Positions 26,601 through 35,717 of a DNA stretch of 64,000 nt are shown piece after piece; position 1 is the first letter of the stretch, and each line of letters opens with the position of its first letter. The position numbers and the translations under genes were made by a program. The stretch is from positions 20,600 through 84,599 of the IMG/VR virus record IMGVR_UViG_3300049825_000338; one strand, 5' to 3'. The notes under the pieces are model-generated. The model saw only the letters and a list, made by a program, of their open reading frames with translations. It had not been told where the DNA came from and searched no databases. This DNA is from a virus. Lineage: Duplodnaviria > Heunggongvirae > Uroviricota > Caudoviricetes.

Positions 26601-27107
26601 CTAGATGGAACAGATCATCAACTGTGGCCCGCCAAGAATCGAATCTTCGGCAAGCTGAAGCGTCTGAATAACCTCACTCCATTCCAGGCCACCAATCCCT
26701 GCGCCAATGCGTGGGATGTAGAGGAAGTCGATGCCGAACCCAAACCGCTTGTTGATCGAGTCTAGGCTGGACAAGGCGTTGATCGTTGCATCTCTAATCG
26801 CCTGCTGCTCTGCAAAGGGACCAGGCTCCACCTGAGTGATCATATTGAACACCAACGGAGACTCTGGAGTAACGCCTGCCGGATTGCCGTCATGCCATTG
26901 CACAACTTGACCGAGATTGACGGCTCCATTGCGGCACTGGTCGGCGTAGTATTCGTAGCATGTCGGGTATAGCTGACGAACCTGGCGAGCAAACCCCGCC
27001 CCCATCATTCCGCGAGCGTTGCAGCCATGCGCAAACGCACGCGGCCTGAAGTCAAACAAATTCCCAAATACCTCAATCAAGAGGATTCTCCGTTCCCATG
27101 TAGTCAA
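26601..27107 (-). CDS. macro domain (ADP-ribose binding/processing) protein
   Basis: HGCNARGMMGAGFARQV resembles the macro-domain N..GGGV loop. Confidence 0.6.
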   Translation of the reverse strand: MTTWERRILLIEVFGNLFDFRPRAFAHGCNARGMMGAGFARQVRQLYPTCYEYYADQCRNGAVNLGQVVQWHDGNPAGVTPESPLVFNMITQVEPGPFAEQQAIRDATINALSSLDSINKRFGFGIDFLYIPRIGAGIGGLEWSEVIQTLQLAEDSILGGPQLMICSI

Positions 27108-27771
27108 CCATCTTGCGCATCTTTGTGATAGCGCCGTCGTATTTACGACGAACCATCTCTCCGGTTATCTGCATCTGTGCTCCGATGTCTTTGAAGATCA
27201 TACCGGACGAACGCATACTGACAACCAGACGCTCTTCAGGAGTAAGATGCTTGAGCAATGGTGAAAGCGTGGACTTGAAAGATGTGTCGCTAGAAATAGA
27301 ATCACTTTCGTCGTCGACAGAGCCAAATATAGTGTAAGGCATCCTCTCCAACGATCGACTAGAACGAAGTGACGCAAGAGTTCTGATAGCCTCTGACGGG
27401 TTATCGTCGTACTTCATTTCGTGATTGACTCTAGCGTTCAACTCGTCGCCCAGAATGATGTTGGCCGTTTTACGAATAGCCTCCTGAATCTCGTTGCGAA
27501 CCCAGATCGAAGCATACGTCGAGAACTTGATTCCACGAGACGGATCAAAACCCTCAATAGCTCTAATCAGACCAATAACCGCAGCCTGCTCCATATCCTC
27601 ACCGTGTTTGCTGTACAGAGCGTGCTTACGCGCCCAGCTGATTGCTAGCTTATGGTTGTGCAGCACAAGCGTGTCACGAATCGATCGATCGCGTGTGGTG
27701 TAAAACTCCTTGAGCAGACGCTCCTGATCTGCAAGCGCCAAAACATCTCGTGCCTTTACCATGATCGCCAT
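27073..27771 (-). CDS. RNA polymerase sigma factor (sigma-70 family, SigB/F-like)
   Basis: region 2 (FSTYASIWVRNEI), region 4 HTH (LTPEERLVVSMRSSG...IGAQMQITGEMVRRKYDGAITKMRK). Confidence 0.75.
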   Translation of the reverse strand: MAIMVKARDVLALADQERLLKEFYTTRDRSIRDTLVLHNHKLAISWARKHALYSKHGEDMEQAAVIGLIRAIEGFDPSRGIKFSTYASIWVRNEIQEAIRKTANIILGDELNARVNHEMKYDDNPSEAIRTLASLRSSRSLERMPYTIFGSVDDESDSISSDTSFKSTLSPLLKHLTPEERLVVSMRSSGMIFKDIGAQMQITGEMVRRKYDGAITKMRKMVDYMGTENPLD

Positions 27772-28214
27772 CCTTCTTTAACTGGTTGAGTAACTGCGAA
27801 TGTGCTGTCTAAACCTTGCGATGTGTAGCTGTCGGACAACAGAACCGCATTATGGATTCCAAAGTATGCCTCGACAATATCAATGTGCCAACCTCTGAAA
27901 CTCTTGCCATGCGATTCTTTGCCCCCACCATTCAAGATGTGGGCTAGCTCGTGCGTGACTACATACATGTGCGCCCCGTCAGCGTAGGCGATTTCATCAA
28001 TGCCATGAAAGGCAATACCTTCACCGGACGTCCCCCAAACCGTCTGACGAACGGTCACCTGTACGTCACCTTTCATCTTCCACCACATCCCTGACGTGAT
28101 CTCTTTCGTCAATTCCAGTAGGCGGTCGTGAGGGAGCCACTCGAAAAGAATTGACTCGTCTCTAAATGCCTCTGACTCGGCGTGGTAAACAAGGAATTGA
28201 TCGGGATCATTCAT
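27756..28214 (-). CDS. putative HExxH zinc metallopeptidase-like protein
   Basis: YVVTHELAHIL. Confidence 0.4.
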   Translation of the reverse strand: MNDPDQFLVYHAESEAFRDESILFEWLPHDRLLELTKEITSGMWWKMKGDVQVTVRQTVWGTSGEGIAFHGIDEIAYADGAHMYVVTHELAHILNGGGKESHGKSFRGWHIDIVEAYFGIHNAVLLSDSYTSQGLDSTFAVTQPVKEGWRSW

Positions 28215-28440
28215 TAGGAACGATTCCTGGGCACGTAAACCATGTGATCATCTGCGTTCGTGTGACCGTACTACCACTCATTTCGATAGTCGTTCGATGC
28301 TTTTCATACCATAGATGAGGCTCATGATCTTCAGCAGTCTCGATAGGAAAGCGATTCAATGCGTCATTCGATTGTGAGCAGTGAAGAGACCTCATTTCTC
28401 TAACTAGTGGTGTGTTTTTATTTTTTGCAGTCCAGTTCAC
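28207..28440 (-). CDS. hypothetical protein
   Basis: ORF only. Confidence 0.35.
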   Translation of the reverse strand: MNWTAKNKNTPLVREMRSLHCSQSNDALNRFPIETAEDHEPHLWYEKHRTTIEMSGSTVTRTQMITWFTCPGIVPNE

Positions 28441-29141
28441 GCTGTCAGTTCCTTCTTATTGGCGAGAGGAGCGCGAGATGTGTTGGCGTTTGTGCCGTCT
28501 TCGTATCCTGCATTAAACCCAGCCATAGAAGAAAGACGAATACGTGAAGCTGTCGTGAAATTTCGTTTCCGATAAGCGGCATCAACCTGCTTAGAGCGCT
28601 CCACAAAGACTAAAGCGGTAGAGATAGACTGTTCTGGCGTGGTCTCCTGTTCAGCGATGCGAGACGCCTCCTGAAATCGAGTTGCAATTGCTCTCGCAAA
28701 CCCTATTAGATAGGATTGACGAAACGCACGGGCATGCACGTTTGGACTTGTTTTATATGACGCCTGAGTCAGCGCCTCATTCATCAGCATCTTGCCGAGA
28801 GAGATCGAGCGCTCAGCGTCAGATTTGAATCCGAAGATCGAAACGTCCTTACCTTCTGGTTTGGTGTACCACCAGACACGGCACGAGTAGGCTGAGGCAA
28901 CTGAAGACAGAATTTGAAGTAGTGGACGAGCATACCCACCTGCCACCATACCAAACTTGTAATCAGCTAGGGGGTCTTTACGCTCAATATCAAGCTGAGC
29001 CATAACAACACGATGGCGTGCCATAAGCGCTAGCGCTTTTGCTTCAAAGGTCTCGCGCTCAACGTCGGATGTGTGACTGTGATTGGCAAGCCTCCACAGT
29101 TTTTCGATCTTGGAGACAATGATATCAAGTTCATCGCTCAT
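28437..29141 (-). CDS. hypothetical phage protein (DUF2786-like N-terminus)
   Basis: KIEKLWRLANHSHTSDVERETFEAKALALMARH. Confidence 0.4.
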   Translation of the reverse strand: MSDELDIIVSKIEKLWRLANHSHTSDVERETFEAKALALMARHRVVMAQLDIERKDPLADYKFGMVAGGYARPLLQILSSVASAYSCRVWWYTKPEGKDVSIFGFKSDAERSISLGKMLMNEALTQASYKTSPNVHARAFRQSYLIGFARAIATRFQEASRIAEQETTPEQSISTALVFVERSKQVDAAYRKRNFTTASRIRLSSMAGFNAGYEDGTNANTSRAPLANKKELTA

Positions 29142-29142
29142 C

Positions 29143-29571
29143 TTACCGCACCCAGTAAACGTAGCGGCCGAGACGAATCGCTGTGTAGTTATCCTTAAAC
29201 AGCTGATCAGCCGCCTCGGCCCAGTCGATAGTTGAGAACGGCCAAACGCTGAAGTCGGTATCGTGAATTTCTTCAGCCATGTCGCGGGCGTAGATAGCTG
29301 TATACCGGTCGTTGATCAGTGTTGCACCGTACTCCCAGTCGTCGCTGTACTGCGCCGCTTCCTCAGCGAATGCTTGCAGTTCGCTCAAGGACTGAACGCT
29401 GTCTTGATCAGCCTCGTCACTATCGAGCCATTCACTGTAGCTCATCGGAACAATGTACGACTTAGTAAGGCGAGTATCGTAATCAACATACTCACTACGA
29501 AAATCGGCCTCAAGTGAGTCGATCTCTTCGATGATTTCTCTGCTGTCGATGGTGTCTTGGTTCCAGTTCAT
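29143..29571 (-). CDS. hypothetical acidic protein
   Basis: consensus leaderless promoter 29578-29606. Confidence 0.5.
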   Translation of the reverse strand: MNWNQDTIDSREIIEEIDSLEADFRSEYVDYDTRLTKSYIVPMSYSEWLDSDEADQDSVQSLSELQAFAEEAAQYSDDWEYGATLINDRYTAIYARDMAEEIHDTDFSVWPFSTIDWAEAADQLFKDNYTAIRLGRYVYWVR

Positions 29572-29577
29572 GATGTA

Positions 29578-29606
29578 AGCGTAGTCCTTTGCGTCGAGAA
29601 TGTCAA
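29578..29606 (-). promoter_or_regulatory. sigma-70-type leaderless promoter
   Basis: minus: TCTTGACA (29601-29606), 17 nt, TACGCT (29578-29583), 6 nt, ATG 29571. Confidence 0.5.
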
Positions 29607-29859
29607 GAGGTAATTCTGAAGAGTTTCAGAAACACGTCGCCCAACTACTCCGTTCGCTTTACCCTCCTCCTATCGTGGCCACTCCAGGGATGCTCTCAAG
29701 CTTGCGTTTCGATGGTGGCACTGCGTCTATCGCTGTAATCAGCCTCCCCTCCACCACCTTCATGAGCCTTGCAGCCGTAGGGCGTTTCATCGGGTGCCTT
29801 TCACGTTACCTAGCAGGTCGGCGTGCTTCTGAAACTCTTCAGTTGTTCTTACAGACATC

Positions 29860-29942
29860 ACTGTAGTCCTACTGACCAACAAAGTCAAGCAGAACATGAC
29901 GTGACGTGCGTCACTTGACAAGTGACATAAAGAGAGTAAGAT
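29860..29942. promoter_or_regulatory. divergent promoter pair flanking a central GTGACGTGCGTCAC palindrome
   Basis: plus: TTGACA (29915-29920), 16 nt, TAAGAT (29937-29942), 6 nt, ATG 29949. Minus: TTGACT (29883-29888), 17 nt, TACAGT (29860-29865). Palindrome 29901-29914 between them. Confidence 0.5.
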
Positions 29943-29948
29943 GATCTC

Positions 29949-30224
29949 ATGAAAGACCTCTCCTACAAGCAAATCTCCGACACCTGCGCATGGTTTGCGG
30001 CGAACGCCACCAATACCAGCGCCATGTCATGCGTACGAGACGCCTTCAACTGCCTTCGCAGCATCGACCACGGACACTACTTCCCGTTCTACCAGGACGT
30101 AGCCGAGGGTCTGCCGCAGTCATGGACGCAATCCGCTGCCGCATGGCTGGTCAAGGCCGCACAGCACGAGTTTGGCTTCAACGTTCCCGAAGCTCTGAAC
30201 TATCTCAGGCCGGTGACACCGTAA
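29949..30224 (+). CDS. hypothetical protein, lone plus-strand gene driven by divergent leaderless promoter
   Basis: promoter as above. Confidence 0.5.
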   Translation: MKDLSYKQISDTCAWFAANATNTSAMSCVRDAFNCLRSIDHGHYFPFYQDVAEGLPQSWTQSAAAWLVKAAQHEFGFNVPEALNYLRPVTP

Positions 30225-30630
30225 TCCCAACCTGCTTCATACGCGGCGTTGTTGTTGTCCACCTAGCCTGATCCTCGTTGGCCTCAGCTAACGAGGCATA
30301 CGTGTACTCAAGAACCCGAACTACACGAACACGATCTTTAGTGGAAGGCGAAGACGGCGCAAAGTAGGAGCGTCTCCACTCAGCTACCTTGAACTCTTTT
30401 TCGGCTGCTGTTACATGCTCATGCCAGGCTAGATGTGGAGTGACTCTGATTATCATGTCATGTTCGCCTAACGTGCGGTCGCGAAACCGTCCGTAAACAA
30501 CGTCCTGATATGAATACGTCTTAGTTGTGACACCGTAGGCGTTCAGCCACTCGCTGTTGTCGTCAATCCACCGCAAGGCATCACGATGCGCTCCGCCAAC
30601 AACGTGGTAAACAATCGGCTTGTTGTTCAC
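30205..30630 (-). CDS. hypothetical protein
   Basis: ORF only. Confidence 0.4.
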   Translation of the reverse strand: MNNKPIVYHVVGGAHRDALRWIDDNSEWLNAYGVTTKTYSYQDVVYGRFRDRTLGEHDMIIRVTPHLAWHEHVTAAEKEFKVAEWRRSYFAPSSPSTKDRVRVVRVLEYTYASLAEANEDQARWTTTTPRMKQVGITVSPA

Positions 30631-31128
30631 TTAGAACCTTATCTTGTGTAGATAACTCATTGTAGGGCCGCGCTCAGTGAGCTTACCGCCTTGACTTGCT
30701 ACAGCAATCTCATCATTGAACGGGACAAAGAGTGTAGTCTCAAGAGCAGCAGCGACCGTCAGAGGCGACAGTGCCACGTCAGGCTCGTCTAGGACATAGA
30801 CCTCCGGGGCATTGTGCGCACGAACAACGTATTTTACAGCGTTAGCAAGCGCCAAACCGCAAGGACGCACAACTAGCCGAGCTTTTGAACGCTCCGTTAT
30901 TTGCTTCGGTGATCTAATGACTCCAGCGTCCACGATGATGATGTCCTCTTCTCCATCTGTGGATGCACCGTTAGGAAGCTCTCCCAAGATTCTTACAAGA
31001 TCACCAGACCCCGTAAGGTCGTCAATGCGGACAGCCTTACCCTCTCCCGTTGCCTGGATGACGTGCATAGCCGCTAACGTTGACGTGCCCTGACCACCCT
31101 TAGCCGAAAAATATACGTATTCAATCAT
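30631..31128 (-). CDS. ParA/MinD-like P-loop protein with degenerate Walker A
   Basis: FSAKGGQGTSTLA (lacks the signature Lys), DIIIVDAG Walker B-like. Confidence 0.3.
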   Translation of the reverse strand: MIEYVYFSAKGGQGTSTLAAMHVIQATGEGKAVRIDDLTGSGDLVRILGELPNGASTDGEEDIIIVDAGVIRSPKQITERSKARLVVRPCGLALANAVKYVVRAHNAPEVYVLDEPDVALSPLTVAAALETTLFVPFNDEIAVASQGGKLTERGPTMSYLHKIRF

Positions 31129-31514
31129 TGAAACTCCTCTAGGTAGTATGTCATGTCTTGACCGTCCTTAAACACAACAACGTTCATGTTCGCACCCATC
31201 TGTCTCACTATGTGAGATGAGACCTTCCGAAGAGCATCAGAATTCAGCCACGAAGTTGAATACCAGATCGTAGCATCATCCGGCGTAGGTTCGGTGCCGT
31301 CTACAAAGAACGTCACCGAACCATCTGAACCAATAGCTACTGCTCTGTTTGTGTACTGGTTTGGCTGTTCCTCAAGCTTCTGAAGATCAAGAACGGTGTC
31401 GGTGTCGTGGCTCCAGATCAGTCGTTGCGTGCCGTAACCTCGCATAGTCGCTACTACAGCTGAATCAATCAGATCGGTAGGTGACTGAAGCCACCTCGGC
31501 TTTTTGAACCTCAT
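31125..31514 (-). CDS. hypothetical protein
   Basis: ORF only. Confidence 0.4.
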   Translation of the reverse strand: MRFKKPRWLQSPTDLIDSAVVATMRGYGTQRLIWSHDTDTVLDLQKLEEQPNQYTNRAVAIGSDGSVTFFVDGTEPTPDDATIWYSTSWLNSDALRKVSSHIVRQMGANMNVVVFKDGQDMTYYLEEFQ

Positions 31515-32464
31515 TTCGGAACTTGGCTCACAAGAACCTGAGAGCCAGCCGGAATGTAGACTGTATTAGCCTTCTCAAGTGCTTCAATCTGCTTCAGCGT
31601 CAGCAACTCCGGTGTAAGGCTTGCTGTGATGATGGCGTTAGAATCTGCTTCGCCCTGAGCGGCGATGACCTTAGCCTTGGCATCCGTCTCAGCCACCTTA
31701 CGACGCGTCTCGGCCTCCGTTACCTGGGTCTTCTGTGTGATCTCCGCCTGTAAAGCCTGTTCACGAGCCTTCGCACGGTCGCTGATCGCTGAAGCGAGCA
31801 CAGGGTCTGGCGCAACATTACGCACGTTCACCGTATCAAGACGAAGACCGTACTTCAGCAGTCGCTTAGCAAGATCGGCTTCGATTTCAGTGCGAATAGC
31901 TTCACGCTGCGAGGTGTAGCCTTCCTCAGCGGTGAACTTGGCAAACACAACACGAACGGCCTCACGAGCTTCCGGACGAACCAGGCGTTCACGAATTCCG
32001 GTCTCACTGCCAACAAGACGGAACAGAGCCGAAGCGGACTTCTCTTCAATGAAATAACGAATCGTGATGTCGACGCGCATCTGATAGCCGTCCGACCCAC
32101 GAACCTCTATAGCGTCCTTTTTGGCTCTGTCGCCTTCGTCCAGAACATCCAGCATCGAAGATTCCTGAACGCGAGTTGAAAACGTGTTGATCGACGTCCA
32201 CGGTGCAGTCAGATGGAACCCAGCGCCCTTAGCCTGACCGATCGACCCGAACGTAGTAGGGATACCGACCGTGTTCGACGGAACGATACGAACCGTCGAA
32301 AATCCAAGTAGTAGGACCGCCAAGATGGCTAGAGGAATAGCTGCAAGCGTGGCAATCTTTTTCTTCTCTGTTCCTCCATACGTCTTGCCTGTCAGGACTC
32401 GTGAAACGCCAAAGAATGAAAGCGCTGCGATAAGAAAGATGACTCCTAAAACAAATCTAATCAT
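31511..32464 (-). CDS. SPFH/Band-7 (stomatin/prohibitin-like) membrane protein
   Basis: N-terminal TM helices, VRIVPSNTVGIPTTFG...PW start of SPFH fold, long coiled-coil C-terminus. Confidence 0.65.
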   Translation of the reverse strand: MIRFVLGVIFLIAALSFFGVSRVLTGKTYGGTEKKKIATLAAIPLAILAVLLLGFSTVRIVPSNTVGIPTTFGSIGQAKGAGFHLTAPWTSINTFSTRVQESSMLDVLDEGDRAKKDAIEVRGSDGYQMRVDITIRYFIEEKSASALFRLVGSETGIRERLVRPEAREAVRVVFAKFTAEEGYTSQREAIRTEIEADLAKRLLKYGLRLDTVNVRNVAPDPVLASAISDRAKAREQALQAEITQKTQVTEAETRRKVAETDAKAKVIAAQGEADSNAIITASLTPELLTLKQIEALEKANTVYIPAGSQVLVSQVPK

Positions 32465-32478
32465 GGTAATGTGACTCC

Positions 32479-32973
32479 TCAGTCGTGTTCAAACTCGGAA
32501 ATATGGACAATTAGCTCGGCTCCAGGAGCATCGCGCGTGATAACGACAGACGCATGGTCTCCAAAAGCAGACCGAAAAGCATTCTCAAGTGGATGTCGGC
32601 TGATGGCATCCCGCAACTCTCTGGCTCTGATATTAGGAGGAGCGTATCCCTTCAGGTAGTCGACGGAGAAGTACAAGACGTCGTCGGTGGAGTCGTCGTT
32701 GTATCGCAGGTCAAGCTCGTTGTCATACCCTGCAAAAATGGCCATCTCGGCATAGTCATCTTCTTTGGCTTCACCCTTAGGAACGAACGACCAGATATCG
32801 TTAACACTAAATTCACACGGGTCACCGTCGTTAAAGTACGGTGTGTACTGCTTCCATCCGATAATGTTGGTGTTGAGGATATTCATCACCTCAACCAGAA
32901 CCTCATTCAAGGCCTCCTGAGAGAGCGCCTTGATCTGCTCCTGAAGAGCTTCAATCTTTGATAGTGCGGACAC
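32479..32973 (-). CDS. hypothetical protein
   Basis: ORF only. Confidence 0.4.
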   Translation of the reverse strand: MSALSKIEALQEQIKALSQEALNEVLVEVMNILNTNIIGWKQYTPYFNDGDPCEFSVNDIWSFVPKGEAKEDDYAEMAIFAGYDNELDLRYNDDSTDDVLYFSVDYLKGYAPPNIRARELRDAISRHPLENAFRSAFGDHASVVITRDAPGAELIVHISEFEHD

Positions 32974-33316
32974 TGTGTTTTCCTTTCTGTGGTGACAGTC
33001 TTTCGGCGTATTCCAAAGGAATCATCTCGCAAATCTCGGACACGGAAGGAATCCTGCCCAGGTCTTCAAGAATATGGTCCTCCAGAACTTGACGAACATC
33101 AACCACTTTACCGGCGCTGTTCGTAAATGTGCGTCCAAAAACCTGAATGGCAATAAACGGACCCATGCTGTTGTGCAGAAGAGCGCGATGACGCATGTCA
33201 GCATGACCGGCCTTGGTCTGATCTAGAAACTCGTGAATCTCCAGATATTCTTCCCAAGTGCCTCCGTACTTTCGGGCACTACGATGGGCGTGATGCGTGG
33301 GCTTACTCATCACCAA
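32951..33316 (-). CDS. hypothetical protein
   Basis: ORF only. Confidence 0.4.
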   Translation of the reverse strand: MVMSKPTHHAHRSARKYGGTWEEYLEIHEFLDQTKAGHADMRHRALLHNSMGPFIAIQVFGRTFTNSAGKVVDVRQVLEDHILEDLGRIPSVSEICEMIPLEYAERLSPQKGKHSVRTIKD

Positions 33317-34008
33317 CCGCTATTCGTTGCAGGGAGGTATACCTGAGACTGACGTCTGATCTTCGGACCACCCGAACGAGGGCCAGGATTGAACGTCAGA
33401 CGTGCAAACCAGCGCCAGCCAGTTGATTCGGCCGGTACAGCACGATGAAACGAATGCTGATCAAACGCAACGATTCGACCAGACTCAACACGGAATGTTT
33501 CGCTATCATCTTCAGACTCAATGGCCTGATTCCAGTAACGATAAATTGGAGCGTCGGTGGGCACCGGCCACGGTACAGAAACATTCTCACCTCGGCACAC
33601 AAACTCAGTCAGCGAACCTGTAGGCGCATCAAGAGCGTCAACCACAACGGCGTACATTTCTCGTTCAGGATTAGGAAGATTGATTCCAGATGTGTAGTCG
33701 GGCTGTCCGTCAAATCCTCGGTCAACATCATCATGATGCCACCCAGGAATTGCCGGGTACCAGCCGCGCATCAGCATATGCGAACGAGTATCTAGCGACC
33801 ACGGTGCTGTTCGCAATAACTCATCTAGCCGCTTGTTTGCTGTCAGTTCAGCAATAAATTTGCGCGCCAACGAATACGGCTTAATGTCGTCCTTTGATGT
33901 AAAATTGAAGAACATCGTCTCGTCTTCAATCTGCCTTGCCGTTGCATGCAACCTACCATCAAATGGTAAATAGTTGGTATACTGCCGAAACTTCATGGCA
34001 TCACACAC
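33310..34008 (-). CDS. possible 2OG-Fe(II) oxygenase-like protein
   Basis: WHHDDVD (HxD) ... HSFHRAV ... RWFARLTF (R) spacing; weak. Confidence 0.25.
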   Translation of the reverse strand: MCDAMKFRQYTNYLPFDGRLHATARQIEDETMFFNFTSKDDIKPYSLARKFIAELTANKRLDELLRTAPWSLDTRSHMLMRGWYPAIPGWHHDDVDRGFDGQPDYTSGINLPNPEREMYAVVVDALDAPTGSLTEFVCRGENVSVPWPVPTDAPIYRYWNQAIESEDDSETFRVESGRIVAFDQHSFHRAVPAESTGWRWFARLTFNPGPRSGGPKIRRQSQVYLPATNSGW

Positions 34009-34208
34009 GTGATAGCGCCAGGCGAGTGAACCGGAGTACCGCCGCGACTGATACAGTCCTTCTCCTTAATCTTGCCACACATAGCAAAGCTGAGCACGGC
34101 AACAATAAAGAGAATAATCCACGTAAACCAGCCAGGGCCGGTTTTTTCCTTAGGTGGCTTCTTGAATCCGTAAACAAGCTCGTTTTTCTTGTCTCGTCGC
34201 TTACTCAT
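33993..34208 (-). CDS. small membrane protein
   Basis: single TM segment. Confidence 0.35.
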   Translation of the reverse strand: MSKRRDKKNELVYGFKKPPKEKTGPGWFTWIILFIVAVLSFAMCGKIKEKDCISRGGTPVHSPGAITCVMP

Positions 34209-34789
34209 TATGACCTCCTAAATGACAGCTTAACCGTGTCGAACAGAATTTGCAAGTCCAACTTTAAAGACCAGTTGTCAACATAGAACAGGTCCAGTTC
34301 CTCATACAGCTCAAACGATGGATCATGATGGCCATGAACCTGCCACAAGCCTGTGATACCTGGCAGAACTTGCTCACGTCGGCGCAGATCAGGCGAAAAC
34401 TGAACAACCTCAGAAGGCACGGCGGGCCGCGGGCCAACAAGACTCATCTGACCAGCCAGAACATTGATCAGCTGTGGAAGCTCATCAATATTGAGCCGAC
34501 GTATGAGTCTGCCGATCGGAGTCACTCGTGGATCATTCTCGATCTTGAACAGTGGGCCATGACGCTCATTTAACTCCATCAACTCAGCAAGATGAGCCTC
34601 GGCGTCAGGAACCATCGACCTAATCTTAATCATCGAGAACAACGAACCGTGAAGACCTACGCGCCTTTGAAAGAAAAACGGATCGTGCCAATCAGAAACC
34701 CACACCAGAACGAGAACTACCAGCATCAACGGACTGAGACTTATGAGAAGAAAGGAAGAAAGAATGATGTCTAGCGCCCGCTTACGCAT
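34208..34789 (-). CDS. polyprenyl-phosphate sugar phosphotransferase (bacterial sugar transferase, PglC/WbaP C-terminal-domain type)
   Basis: N-terminal TM helix, KFRSM-like KIRSM, DPRVTPIGRLIRRLNIDELPQLINVLAGQMSLVGPRP. Confidence 0.7.
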   Translation of the reverse strand: MRKRALDIILSSFLLISLSPLMLVVLVLVWVSDWHDPFFFQRRVGLHGSLFSMIKIRSMVPDAEAHLAELMELNERHGPLFKIENDPRVTPIGRLIRRLNIDELPQLINVLAGQMSLVGPRPAVPSEVVQFSPDLRRREQVLPGITGLWQVHGHHDPSFELYEELDLFYVDNWSLKLDLQILFDTVKLSFRRS

Positions 34790-35171
34790 TTATCACCGCT
34801 ACCGGCTTGTTAACCTTCCGAGCATAATTGACCGTTGACCACGTACCGCCAGTCTTCCGACTCTTGCTAGGTGTAGCAATCATAAAGTCTGAAGCATCCA
34901 CGATGTCCTTATTGCGATCCAAATACGGCCTCTCAACCTCAAGAACGTCGGCCTCACAGAACGCACGAAGCTTCGGGTCGGACGGAGGATGCCCTACCGT
35001 AAAGTACCCAAGTTGCTTAGCGAGCTTATGAGCGTATGCGTCAGCGCCCACACAGTCACCGTGATGGAATCGAGCACCGCTGACAAACAGTGCCTCAAGA
35101 AAAAAGCCTAGCTGAATAGCTTGAGCCTCTGTTACACCTTCGCGTGATCCAGTAAATCCTACGTTAATCAC
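34782..35171 (-). CDS. SLOG/LOG-like Rossmann-fold protein (YpsA/DprA-like)
   Basis: GFTGSREG ... HHGDCVGADAYAHKLAK. Confidence 0.4.
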   Translation of the reverse strand: MINVGFTGSREGVTEAQAIQLGFFLEALFVSGARFHHGDCVGADAYAHKLAKQLGYFTVGHPPSDPKLRAFCEADVLEVERPYLDRNKDIVDASDFMIATPSKSRKTGGTWSTVNYARKVNKPVAVINA

Positions 35172-35187
35172 AACTTACAGCCTACTT

Positions 35188-35370
35188 TCACAGCTTGCAT
35201 CCTAAAAAGTCAACGACCTTGCCATAAGCGTCCTGAGTGAAGATGGGAGTACCGAAGTCCTCTTCAATGCAGACCCGAATCTGTTCCTCGTCAGTGTAAT
35301 CAGGTCTGTCGTCGTCACCGCACGCTACTGCGGAGAAACTCAGTACCAGAGCAAGGAAAAAACCCTTCAT
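35188..35370 (-). CDS. small lipoprotein
   Basis: lipobox SAVAC. Confidence 0.4.
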   Translation of the reverse strand: MKGFFLALVLSFSAVACGDDDRPDYTDEEQIRVCIEEDFGTPIFTQDAYGKVVDFLGCKL

Positions 35371-35717
35371 TTCACTTCCTCAAGATTCTTAATGTTTGGA
35401 TAAGTAGACGTGCAACCGAACCGCCACCCATACGATGTGATCCTATAAACTCGGCCTTCACGGATGCGTCCGTAAATGTCAGACGAGTCGAATCGTCCAA
35501 TCACCAACGAGTCCGTCAGCTTGAACGTCCCGGCTTCAGTAAACACGAGGTACTGGCACTTAACCTGCCCAGTTGAATCCGAATCACAGACTCGTTCTTT
35601 ACTGATTACCTCGGTCGTAACCGTCTCCTCCTTGAAGTAGCTCGGCGCTACAAAAAGCGCAACCACTACGACAACGGCAATAAGGGCTGGAACGACTCCG
35701 ATACGCGATCCTCTCAT
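35367..35717 (-). CDS. membrane-anchored hypothetical protein
   Basis: N-terminal TM. Confidence 0.4.
   Translation of the reverse strand: MRGSRIGVVPALIAVVVVVALFVAPSYFKEETVTTEVISKERVCDSDSTGQVKCQYLVFTEAGTFKLTDSLVIGRFDSSDIYGRIREGRVYRITSYGWRFGCTSTYPNIKNLEEVK

Noticed and set aside
29787-29972. 61-aa minus ORF
   Set aside because: It contains both divergent promoters and the palindromic operator inside its reading frame. Only a 24-aa promoter-supported remnant is plausible.
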